From the NCBI GenBank assembly GCA_036172245.1, contig JAYWIR010000031.1:1240001-1304000 (forward strand): a DNA stretch of 64,000 bases. The letters are read 5' to 3'. This DNA is from Raillietiella orientalis. Its lineage: Eukaryota. The translations under genes and the position numbers were made by a program. Shown piece after piece: positions 48,573 to 60,202 of the stretch (its first letter is position 1; each line of letters begins with the position of its first letter). The notes below the pieces were generated by a model. That model was not told where the DNA came from. It was given only the letters and a program-made list of their open reading frames with translations, and made no database searches.

Positions 48573-49319
48573 CAGATACGGTGCATTCCGGAATGCAGAT
48601 GCCAGCCCAATGGTGTTCACAGCCGTCGCTTTCAAAGTTTGATGGCTTGCACTTATCCCAACCTTTATAATTGCGTCATCTGCTGCAGCGTAATTTACCT
48701 CACTTTGCCAACTTACCGTCGTCTGATTCAGCAAAAAGTCGACTGGTCCAAGCCTTTGTGCGGCAGCCTGTGGACCAACATTGTATTATTTGATCAGCAC
48801 GTTGCGATTGCATTGTTCTCAGATGGTTTGTCCCCTGCAAGTCAGTGCAGGCAGGCAGCGGGCCAATGAAACCTTCGCAAGAGTCCACCCACACCCAAGA
48901 GTCGTCCGTGACGCCCGAACGTCCTCCGGCCGAAAGAAATGCCGAAGCTTGCACTTTCCACGGCTTCAGTCGGGAGCCCGAGCGCAGGACCCGAATCGAG
49001 TGGCAGGAGAAAAAACGAGCAGGTTCGCATTCCCCGGACTCACGCATCAAGCGGGTGTCCATGGCGCGCGCCTGCTCCGTCTGTCGAGGGTGTGAATGTC
49101 CGACGTCCAGTCCTTCAGTAGGAACGAGGGAAACCACTGAAGGCGTGCTCTGGGAGTTTCGACCACAAACAGTGGTTCGGCGCCCATCACTGCGAGCGAC
49201 CACGTCGCACACGGCATGCCCACAGACGAAACTCTGCACCTGCAGCCTCTTGGAGGTGGAGGTGGAACGAAGGCCAAGAGAGACTGGGAAGGAAGCTGCC
49301 AAGACTGAATAACGAAACG

Positions 49320-49900
49320 GAGGGTTTTGAATCCGTGCTTTTCTGCGTGAATCGCTTTCCACTATCGCTTTTCACATCACAGATGTACTCCAGCCGACGA
49401 AGGCATGTTGTGATTCGGATGGAACAGCAAAGAAATCAGATTAGGACATCTTGAGATGCGAGACGAGGCTTCGTGAATAATGAGATCAGGAATGATTGAA
49501 AGATTTTCCACTCGTTCCATACTTTGCTCCGCAGCCGTAGCTTTGTTCGGTGCATCCAGGATACTCTCGTAGTTGTGAGAATCCATGGAGGCACAAATGT
49601 TCGCTGCCTGGCATCCATCATTGAAATGTAAGGGATGCCAACTCCAAAAAACGCAAACTTCGGATCGCCCAATCTCGAACGCGAAAGCGCCAGACGCACA
49701 GGTCGGAGATCAAGAGGATGCCAAGCTGCACATGCATGAGATGTGGCTCCCTGCTTAGGCAAGAAAGTTACAAAAACCAAACAAGAAATCACGTAGCTAA
49801 CCAGCAGAACGCATTCCTCACTCTTCATCCGCACGGACAGCAGAGATCCTTCCATCATCACGTTGCTTCGCAAACCTTTTTGCACAGGGCGCAAACAGGC
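49320..49900 (-). mobile_element. mariner-like transposase relic
   Basis: RISAVRADEE (cf. RIVTGDE), VCVFWS, MDSHNYESILD (cf. INS..Y...L), LLFHP (cf. VLPHP), SGKRF, in order on -. Confidence 0.45.
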
Positions 49901-52199
49901 CTATCTGACCCATTCGCCTCTCCTCAAGTGCAAAGGTCCGCATCGTAGGGTCTATAAACCTTTGCCCAATTTTTTGCTTTCTTGTTTTTTTATGGGTGCT
50001 CGGGAAGTTCCGCAGTCTTCGCGCGCTGCCAGCGCCGCCTTCCTGCGGTCTGGAGAATGACTGAGCCTTAGCTCACAACGTAAGCACTATCTGCTATCGG
50101 ATCAAGGACTCTTTTCGTGTACGCCCGGGAAGGAACAGGTGGCTGTACGGCCGCTTCCCGACTCCATCATGTAGCAACAGGCCGAGGCCGGCTTCGAACT
50201 CATGAGGAGCTGGAAGAAAGGGAAAAAAATTATAGGTACACGCCTGGCAGCAGTTTATGGGAGTGCATGCGCCACGTGACGGGATCCAAGTTAACTTGGG
50301 AAAAAGACAGGGAGGAATTCGTTTTCTTCCAGTCGACAAGATCAGAATAAACATGCGAAAAGGGGTATATGGATGAGATAAATTAATCTTGCAGATCACG
50401 AGGCGCACGACGGCCGTCACGACACGCTTCCTCTTTCTTTTTTTCTTGCGGACCTGAAGATTGCCGGTATTCGAAACGGAAAGTTAGAGGAACGTGCAGA
50501 GCAAAAGTCGCGAGTCCTCCGCATCTGCTGGAATGGCAGCACTCGACGGTTAGCGCTTCGAGCCGTCGGATTTCTTAGCCGGAGGTGTCGGGGGGAGGGG
50601 AGCGCACGAGTGGGATACGTTCGCGGTTCCTGGAAGCCGCGTTAACCGCCAAAGCACTGACGGCGGAAAGAAGGTTCGCGTGAAGGTCAGGGCTCCCGGA
50701 TCGGCGCGAAAGATTCGGGAAGCAAAGCTCCCCGCAAGATGTTGGGCTTGCTCGTGTCGACAGCTGCGGGCTGTGTGCTTCTTGAGCAACCTTGAACTGC
50801 GGGTTGTGGGGCAACAGCAGAGCGACGATGCTTTCAGCTGTCTTTCCTTGTGGGAGGCGGAGAAAAGTTCCAAAGGATCCCGGGAACGCTCAGAGGACGC
50901 AGCAAGCCGTCCTCTCGCTTCACGTGGACCCAGCGCGATCGCTTCACGGCCCGTGGTTCGGAGGTCGCCACCTCTTGGAGGCCGATCTTTTGGTACTTTC
51001 CTCCGTAGGGAGCACAGCGTATCGGTCCACCGCAACCGTGCCCGTCGAGAGAAGCTCGACGCGGGAGGGGATGGGTCTCGCCGATTCTCCCCGCACAGCG
51101 TCGGAGCTTTTCCGGATCTCGGTGGTCACGTCAGGCGAGAGAGCGCAAAAAAGGCAAGCAAAAGAGCTTGCACAGATGGTGCGCGCCATCGTCACAGCGT
51201 GTTTCACGGCCGCGCGGTTCTTCGGAAGGCGAGGAGCGAGGCCGCGACCAGAAAGGGAAAAGGAACCGCCGAGGAGCACGAGGCGCGAGTGACTCACGAG
51301 GAAAAGGTCAACGTCCGAAGGAGAGAGGGAGCAAACGCTCGCAAGGGAACGAGATTCGGAAGAGAAGCGAGCAAGGAGCGGAGGAGAAACCAAATTCCAT
51401 GGTTTGGAGACGGAGTGGGAGTGCTGAAGCGTCTCTCGGGATGGAGAGGATATTTTTGGAATGTCCACCAAGGCCTGAGTTCGAGTGAAAATGCTCGGAT
51501 CGGAAGACAGATGGGGCGTGTGCCGAGGTCCGAAAGTGCGTGTGTGGTGCTCTCCGAGAGACGGCAGGCGCGCGGTGACTTTCCAGGAGAGGCTGGGCCA
51601 ACGGCGGAGGCAGAGACGCGGGTGCGCAAGAGCGCGCTGAAGAGGAAACACAGATTCCCACGTTTCTCGCCACGAGGAAACGCGCACTGTCACGAGACAC
51701 TCTTGCGCCCGGAGCCGCTCTTTCGCTGGAGAGAGGCTCCAACAGAATGCTGCGAAACGCAGAGACCAAGGAAGGGCAGAAGGCGGTGGTATCGGCGCTA
51801 TTCCTCGGAGAGGAGAGGGCGCACAAGAGCGCGCCTTGGCGGCACGCACTATCGCTCGCGGCGTCAATTTTCTTTCTTTTCGGGTCGAGTGAGATCCCCG
51901 GAGAGCGGGAATTTTCTTTCCGCTGGTACTCGCCCCACACAAGTTGAAGATGAAAGTTTCTTCTTCTTTCCGCTTTGCTTCTTGTAATCCCCCCACTTCG
52001 AGGGAAACCCCACTCCCTTGGCCGATTCTGCGTTGCTGCTGCTTCCCGAAATCGAAATTCTCTGTGGATCCGCGTGAGGACCTATTTCGTGCAGCGGATC
52101 GTTCTAAGATGAGCTGCAGGTCTTCTGGGTTCAGCGAGGCGGCCGCGGGTCAGGGGAGCGGCGACCCGGGACTCCCACGGTGGCGCAGGCGAGCCGTGC

Positions 52200-54174
52200 G
52201 GTTCGGAGAAAAAGAAGAAAGAACTGGAAGACGTGCTGCGACCATTGACCGGTACGCACAAGAGGCAGGATCGCGGGCTCTTCCCGAGGGAGCGTGTCAA
52301 CTCTTCAAGATAGGGGGTGACCCCGGGAGGGGACCACGCTACTAATCCAGAAAGGGACTCCAGAGGAAGGAGTCCGTTCCTCTTGAGACTGTTAGGGGAA
52401 CCCCGAAGGAAACCCTCATCTTCGTTGTCTTCGTTATCTCCGAAGGGCGCCTCTTCGGGCTTCCCTGCGGAGCGCCTGGAGGAAGACCTCGGGGAACGGA
52501 CGGAGCACCCCAGTCGCCTGGTACAAGATCGTCAGTAGCACCGTGAGGAACCTCACCGAGGGTAAAGGCAAGAAGGAAGTGCGGAGGTCTCGTCCACCCT
52601 CTCCTTGGCAACAGCTCCTCTTCCTGCTCTCCATCCCCACGCCAAACTCCGGGGGAAGGCCACGGAGTGAACCGCGCGCAGTCGCCTCAGCGGTAGCAGT
52701 AGCAGCGGACGGGTTCCCTTGGGGACGCCTCCGATCCGCGGGACGCCGAGCCAGTCATCCTGGTGATGGTCCACAACACTGTCAAGGACCACCACCACCA
52801 TTCATCCTTCCAGCACGAGGTCACCGGACCCCGGTGACGGCCCCGTTCCTCCTCCGTGGGTGAAGCGGGGGAGCTCCACAACTGTACTGTCGAGTCCCTA
52901 GTCACGTGGAGGAGGCGCCGTGTCGATCCGGGAATTCGTCGTGGACTCTTAACGAATCTTTCTCATTCCCTCCGGAGGGGTCCCTCTCCATTTTTTCTTG
53001 CCCGAAGGGAGCCCGAAAGAAAGGATCCTCTTTCAGAATCTCTTCTCCAGAGGGAACCCACAAGGGAACCGTTGCCTGTTGGTGCTCCTCTGAAGAGAAC
53101 CCCGAAGGGGCGCTCCCCAATTTTCCCCAAAGGATCGCTCCCTGAGGGAGCAGCACGCTTCTTCACCACACTCTGGAGAGTTCATCGATCCACCAGCTCC
53201 AAAATACGAGACGGAGGGTCTCATTCCGAGGAAGGGGGGCTCCATTTTCACAAAGCGAGGGGAACCCCGGAGGACTCTGATCCTGGCAGGGTCAATTTCC
53301 AATCAGGTCCACTCATCGGGGGCATCTGACTTCCACCAGTGCCTCCGCTCCGGAAGGAGAAGAGGGCTGGGCAAGTGGACGACGGGCCAGCTCACCGACG
53401 CTGCGACCCCGATTGCTCGACCTTGTGGACTTTTGCGCTGGGTATTCCGGAAAAGACTTGCAGTGTCCCCCGGTGCTCATGAACATCCTCATCCTCCCCT
53501 TGAAGCGGCAGGAGTCCGGCATTGAGGCTGCTGCACTGGGGCCTCCCGTGCAACACCCGCCGGCATCATTGGACACAGGGGAAGGTGTAGGGGTGGACTC
53601 AAACTGTCCAAGGTGCGGGGAGCGGGAGTCCCTCCCGCACCTCCTAGTGGACTGTGTTGCCCTCCAGCTCCTCTGAGAACGCTTTTCCGCGACCCTTGGA
53701 ACCCCCGGCGGCAACGCTAGAGACGTTGTAAAGCGCCTCTTCCTGCGTGACGCCCTCATGCCGGCCTCATCCCCAGCAGCAGTCTGCTGCCCACGCGGAG
53801 GGCCGTGGCTGCATGGAGCGACGCTAGAGGCCAGGAGACAGGGATGCCATCTATTTTGCCGTGCTCTTCATGAGGACAGCGTCAAGAAGGCCCTATCTGG
53901 GAGTCTTGAAACAGGTACTTGACGGCATCCTTACAAAGATGCAGAGGACACCCTCCAGTATCCGGTGATCCCTTCCCGAAGCCCCCCATTTTTTTGACTG
54001 TATGCTTTTTGTTTTATTTTTATTTTTTTCATTTTGTTTGTCTCCCCTTCCCTTGTGCTCCCGAGGCGAACCCGCGTGCCAGTTCCCAGCAGGTTCCTTC
54101 TCGTAGTTATAAGTAATGTAACAGGATCAAACGTCCTGCCACGGACGTGTGTTTATTTTTTATAAATAAACGCC
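52200..54174 (+). mobile_element. Tx1/L1-like LINE 3' fragment with minisatellite region, zf-RVT and 3' UTR
   Basis: LRLLHWGLPCNTRR and DSNCPRCGERESLPHLLVDC (zf-RVT); ends AATAAACGCC at 54165-54174; longest copy of the family in the window. Confidence 0.8.
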
Positions 54175-54229
54175 CCTGCAAGACCAGTTGTCAACCAGCT
54201 CCATGGTACGAGATGAAGGGTCTCCCTAC

Positions 54230-54548
54230 TGGGGGGGAGGAGGGGAAGGGAGGGAGGGCTTTATTTCCACAACTGGAGGGGAACCCCGAAGAAATCCTTG
54301 ATTCCTGGAAGGACCCGGAGAGTCAACTTCCATCACCCACCGGTCAACGGGTGCATCCAGTTTCCTATTTCCTCCAGCGCCACCGCACTCGAATAGGCCA
54401 ATCAGCGTCATCTTGCGGAGGAAACTGGAAACCCACGACGCGCCCTCCGTTTCTCGGCGTCGGTCCTTCTCCGGGCAGGATTTGAACCCGGGACGCTCGA
54501 CGGTGTCACGGGCGCAGACCGCAGCAGCCGCACAGTCTCTGTCGCAGG
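54230..54548 (-). mobile_element. tRNA-derived SINE continuing into antisense LINE ORF2 sequence
   Basis: B box GGGTTCAAATCCT (54489-54477); collinear with 45150-45417 across the SINE/ORF2 junction (shared TCCTTGATTCCTGGAAGG.ACCCGGAG and GCAT.CAGTTT). Confidence 0.7.
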
Positions 54549-54559
54549 TTCGGGCTGCC

Positions 54560-57400
54560 CTTGCGAAGCATCGCTTGCCCCGTTCCGGGTTTCTGTTGCA
54601 GTGGGGCAGCAGCTCCTCCTGAGAGCTGGCGGAGAGAGCGCCACCCGCGGCTTCCAGAAAGATGGCTGGCAGGACGCTCTTTGCTTCTGCAGCTTCGCGG
54701 GACAGGGAGAGGCCTGCCTCGCGGTCCGGCGCGCACCGATCGCCTCCTGCCCATGAACCACGACAGCCACGGGCGCGCGCGCGCGCTTGAAGAAGAGCCT
54801 CCGGTCAAACCACTGGCCTCGGAGCAAACGCACCACACAAAGTCCTCGAGGTTTTGACTCTTCTAGCAAAGGAGTCTTCTGTGGATGAAGAGTGCGGGAG
54901 TGCACGGCAGCGGAGGTCCGCGAGTGGTTGGTTCTCCGTGGGCCCGCATCCTTCCCTTCTTCGTCTCGCCCCTCCTTCCTGTCCTGCGATGAAATTCAGA
55001 GGGATGGAGGGGGGTTCTCTCCCGAGTGCCTTCATGCAGACGGGTTTTTTTTTGCGCCTCTCCATCCAGAAGTGCTAACTCTGAAACTGTGGAGGGCGCC
55101 TGAACCGGAAGAGGAGGCGTTCCAGAAGGAAGAGGTGCCGTTGCAGTTTCCCGAAGACTCCTCGTCGGTCCCACCCCAGTGCAGTCGCATCCATGTCCCT
55201 CAGCGGATGCCAGAGCGTAGACTCCCAAGACTGGGAGTGTACGCTCTCGCCGTCAGGCCGCATCCTCGCGTTTCCCGGAACATCCTGCATCCCGAGCGTG
55301 GACCCACGAGCTGATCCGACTCGGCGACGGAAGCTATCGTCACGCCTTCTCTCGTCTCGGATTGAGGACGGAAGCGAGGCCACGAGACCGCAGCGGAGGA
55401 AGAGGGGCTCCCAGCGGATCCACTCCGGAAGGGAGGACCCGAGGATCGGCCCGAAGAAGCACCACCCAGCGCGCAGCGTCTTCCTGATCCAGGCCTCTTC
55501 TGGAGGGCTGAACGTCTCCGAAGAGTGCGTCCGTCCCGGAGCATCCCTCCGCTTCGACCTCGGGAAAACGGAGTGGAGGAGAACGGGGGGAGAAGAGACG
55601 GAACTTCCCTCTCGGAATTGGGGTGAGGAAGGGGAGTGGGGATGGAGGTGAACGACCTGGAAAAGGATGCCGAGGGTCCTTTGTTTTCCCACTGCTCTCC
55701 GTCCCCAGCCCACGGAGCTGCCGTTTCGAGAGTTCACCCTTCTCGGAACGGGGACGCGCGAGCGCGCTCTCCCGGCACGGAGTAGGGGGGCACCTTTCCA
55801 CCCCCGTTCTGCCGTACCTCGGGAAGAAGGAAACGAAAATCCTCTCCGCGAGGAAGGACGCGGCTCGTCTTCTCTCCCCTCCGGGCTGCTCGGCTCGTAG
55901 CCGCACGCCCCGCGAGCAGCGGCGGCGCCAGCGCTGCGGAGGAGAGGCCGAAGGAGAAAAAAGTGCTTCGTGCGTCTCGTCACGTACCTTCCTCTTGCCC
56001 CCAAGGCAGGCGTATCGAGTGACTCTCCTGAGCGGCGATGCCGCCGGCCTGTCCGGACGGCTACTGGCCGCCGCGGGTGGGTGAGACGAGGCTGTTGCCG
56101 GGAGACGATGGCGAGGCGCCCTCTGGACGGGGGTTTCCAGGAGGCAGTGGAAGAGAACCTGGGACCACTCCTGACGCTACGATGGCCGGAAGATGGCGAG
56201 AGCGCCGGATGTACGTCACCACCGGCGCCTCCTCGCCGCGGTAGGCGTCGGTGCTGCTGGAAGCGTGTGCGAGTGGGAGTCAAAGCGGCCTGAGGGCTTG
56301 ACTCCGGAAGGAAGAAGGAGCAGCCAGAGCAGGCGGGAAAAGGGAACAGATGGAGCTGCGAGCGTCTCGGCAATGCGAGGTGGTGCCGCGGTCGGCGTCC
56401 AACCTGATTCCCGCGCAGGTCGTTCTGTGGAGCGGCGAGTTTCGAACGTTCTGGAAGCTCTCGGTCAGCCATGCAGCTGCCGGTTCGAGGAGAGACGACG
56501 CACGGAGGAAGCGCGCGCGCGTCCTTAGAGAAGGCAGCAGGAAATCAACCTGCCGGCCCCACCCGGGGGCGCGCCGTTCGCTCGCGGCGGGTGGACGACG
56601 GCCTCACGGCCTCTCTGCATCGACCGCGCTCTAGTGCGTGCTTCCTCCCAGCGTAAGGGGACGTCCGGGGACCACCATCGCGCGCGGTGCCAGGAGGACT
56701 TCTCTAAAGCAGCATGCGCCTGCGTGCGCCAGGAGCATGGATCCCCGCGAAAGCAGCGGCCGGGAACGCAACGTGGGGTGTGGAGGGATCGAAACCCTAT
56801 GCACATCTCGCGCGACGCAGTGGCTGGGGGAAACGCACTGGACCGGGATGCTGGCCTTCAACGTCTCCCGAGAGCGCGGAGACCCCGTCAGGACATCTGA
56901 CGCTGAAGGAAACGGACTTTGCGAGAGGCATCGCGGTGCGAGGGCGCCGCTCGTTGCTCCCTCCGAGAGCGAGTCGCCGGACGAATCCTCCTGCGCTCCC
57001 GAGTCCTTTCGTGCGAGCTGACGTCCAGAACTGAGGGGTCAGCGGACCGAGGGGCTACGCCAAGAGGAGGACGCTCGCAGCGTCTCACCAGCAAATGCGC
57101 CGCCACGAGATGCAGAAACATCAACACGTAAGTACCACCTACCGTGAGGATGCTCCGGGAGTCCGGGAGAACGGGAAGAATTCCAGGCGTTCTCGGAGCT
57201 CCTGGGTGCTGAAGAATCCGCACACGCCACCAGAGGTCGCTCCTGCACCCCGTATCTCCGGTTTCGCACGGCTCTTGCTTCACGGGCGGTAGCAGAGGCA
57301 CCCAGGGCATCTCAGCATCCTCGAGCGGGGATAAGAGAGGACCCGCCGTGCGGGGTCGCTGGGAAGAATCCAACTGCTTACATGAACGGAATGGCTAGTT
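54560..57400 (-). mobile_element. Degenerate Tx1/L1-like LINE 5' half (ORF1 and endonuclease remnants)
   Basis: SILTVGGTYVLM...RRC (cf. ORF1 IPS.L.VGG...C..C), LFGDV, SRIS, RGVFGKL..HL (cf. RG.G.WKLN.SLL), FWMERRK, RLLRGQWF...LFFKR (cf. RSRA.W....KYFF). By eye; boundaries vague. Confidence 0.4.
55212..55247. repeat. Near-perfect inverted repeat (16-bp arms, 1 mismatch, 4-nt loop)
   Basis: AGAGCGTAGACTCCCA-AGAC-TGGGAGTGTACGCTCT. Confidence 0.85.
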
Positions 57401-59335
57401 TCCGGGCAAACGCCAGCCTCTCTGCGCTTGCGACCTGCCTGCCCAGCGCGAGGAAGGGCCGAGGGATCCTCTGTCGGCGAGAGAGGAAGCGAGCCATGAT
57501 TTCCTTCTCGTCCCCGGAGGCCACCTGACACGGCCTTCAGCCAGAGATTCCACCGGAAATCAGCAAGAAACTCCCGGTCGATCCGGAGTACTAGACTGAA
57601 ACCCTCCTGGGCGCATCCGCCATTTTCGCGAGATCGACAGCTGACGCGCTTCCCGTCTCCGCGGCTTCCTCCCTTGCAGCAGCCTCCCCGACGAACCTTC
57701 CCCGGAGCGGAGCGTCTTTGGCACGAAATCCGAGGAGCTGCTGGCCTCTTCCGACGACGCCAGCAGCAGGACGGGCGCGCGCACTCCGGTTGGGACCGCG
57801 CTCTGCAACCGTCTACCCTCTTCGCGTCCCATGCGGGCCCCCGGAGCACCCGGTTCTCATGCCGGAGCGCTGCTCACCTCTCCGATGAGCTCACCCGGCC
57901 CAGAGAGCGCCCGGTATCGAAGGAAAGAGGAAGAAAAAAAGTAAAGGGCGTCTCCTGCTTGTTCCTAGGCAGGAAGCGCTTGATCGACGATGCTGATATC
58001 ACCGCCGGCGCCCACGGCGAACGCGTCAACCAGTTGGTGCTTCTCTTTGCCGAGTGGAGGAGGAGGGAAGGAAAGACTTCTTCATTTTCCATCCGTGAGG
58101 GGAGGGGGGGGGGCTATGAGCAAACAGCTGCTGCCGTTCCTGTGTATCTGAGCCTTTTTTGTTCCGCCCACCGAAAACTCCCGCAGTCCCGGCTTCTAGG
58201 AGGTGGGATCGGCGGGGGGGGGGGGGGGTTGGCGGATGCAGCTTTATCTTGTTTCGAGATAAAGGGAAGTGGAATTTCGGCGGTCCATATCTTATCTGCA
58301 GTGGGAGCGAAAGCCAAAAAGAAAAGCCGTTCGGCCAGGGCAACAGCGGCGTCAGCAGCAGCAGCACAAAGTCACTTGGGCTGGGTGGAGCGCAGGATCG
58401 CTCTCTCCCAGTCGGTGGTCAGCGGCGATTCGGGGGTCCTGCACTGATGGGCAAACCTGCCTGCTCGGGGAAAAAAACCTCCGGAGGAGGACTTCCCACC
58501 ATCTTCCACTTGCGGGCGAACCCTGGTAACCGGGCGTGAGAATCTCCCGAGCGTTCTCGCCTCGGGGCGTTCACCGATTTGTTACGCGAGGACGGGCGTC
58601 GCTTCGGGTACGCTTCGCAAGCGCATTCCCGAAGCGACTTCCGCGCAAGGCAGCGGGCGCGCTCCGCACGAGAGAACTCCAGTCCGACCTTCGAGAGCGA
58701 CCGGGAGTCCGCCATCGCCCTACTGGCTTCCGGACTTTTTGCCCCTCGGGAGGAATGGGAGGGGGCAGAGCGGCTGCCGGTTTCCCTCGGACGAATGGCT
58801 ACACGAGAGTCCTCTTCGCGGAGACTTTCCCTTCCTTTTCTGGCAGGCGCCGATCACCTGGCGTGCTGTTGCCCTTCCATACGGCGAGCTTTCAGCAAGG
58901 GTTCTCCAGCCTTTGCTTGGGCGCAGGGCGATTGGATCCGACCGCGGCAACGGTGGCTGGAAAAGAAGAGCATCCTCCGATGGCAGCGCGAAACCCCACG
59001 GGTCAGCAGCTGTGATTCTGCTGGTAGCGCTGCGGCATCCCGTCCCGAGCAAGGGCTGAGTCGATCCAGGTCACTCCTGGTAAAAGCGAGTACCTTCGGG
59101 GTGAGTGGTCCTGTAGAGGGCAAACGCGAAGAGAAAGCAGGTGCAGAGGAATGAATCTCGGAGTCCAGCGCGTTCCCGGAGGGTTTCATCTTCCCGCCTC
59201 CAGGATCCGTTTCTTCGGGAGGAGACGTGGCACGCGCTGGCATTCTCTCCTGCTCCAGACCTCTGACCCGGCCGCTTGGCGCCGTCCTGTTTGTTTCCGC
59301 AAGACCGATCTCGAAAGCAGAGGGAATGGAGTCAC

Positions 59336-59358
59336 CGCGCGCGCGCGCGCGCGCGCGC
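59336..59358. repeat. (CG)11 alternating tract
   Basis: Read directly. Confidence 0.9.
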
Positions 59359-60202
59359 ATTTTCGGGTCACTCCGAGTGCTCCATCAGCATCTTTGATGC
59401 AGTACGATTATCACGAAACTCCGAGTGCTGGAAGCTGCATTCCGTCCAGTAGCTGGAGGGCACGCCGCGTAAGCGGACCAAAGGCGGAAAGATTTGAATA
59501 CGAGAAAGGCGAAGATCTCGAAAGCCAATTAATAAGAGTGGGACCGCTGGACCTGACCAAGACACGCACAACTTTCCCGTGCAGTCTTGACCTCTTTCGT
59601 CAGCGCGTGCGCTCACTCGCTACCGATTTTCTTGAACCGTAAGAGAAAAAAAAAAAAAAGAAAAAACGCAGATGGAGGGCACCGAAAAATCACACATCAC
59701 AGGCCGAAGATCACGTAAAAAAAAAACTGGACAACCGACTCGGCGTCCTGGAACTGCCGCTTGTCGTCGTCGTCGTCGTCGTGTTCCGGGTCACCCGGTG
59801 GGGCCCTCCCTATCCGCCCAAATTCTCGCTTTCCTCTTCCTCAGATTGTCACGTGATTTATTTTCACTTCTTTGTTTAGAAAAAATCACACTTTTAAAAA
59901 ATTAACCAGGGAATGCAAGGAATCCTTCTTCGTCTGGTCACACGAGTTTCACAGGCTGGTGCGCATAAATCAGCCCTTCGAAACATCACGAGAGGGTAGC
60001 GGGGGTGGAGTTAGATTTCCCTTTTTCCAAGTTTTTCCGGCGGGCGAATCTTTTAACGGTGACGACAGTCCAGCACAAAAATATGCAGTAAAAATAAACT
60101 CTTTTTTTTATTATTCCGTTACGTGTCCATCTAATCTTCCCGTAGCTCCGTAAAAAATAGAAGGCTGTAAAGGCAGTGGATAGAAGCCATCACTCTTCGT
60201 CC

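Noticed and set aside
50680..51996. Overlapping 435-aa and 350-aa ORFs on opposite strands
   Set aside because: Arg/Ser/Ala-rich with no recognisable domain; long ORFs on both strands are expected in GC-rich DNA. Possibly further ITm debris, but I could not support a call.
52300..53300. CRISPR-like array suggested by recurring CCGAAGGG units
   Set aside because: Units are degenerate and irregularly spaced, embedded in LINE ORF2 sequence, in a eukaryotic context with no cas genes.
55075..56472. 465-aa ORF as an intact gene
   Set aside because: Low-complexity composition; LINE-like motifs are scattered across several frames, consistent with a decayed element.
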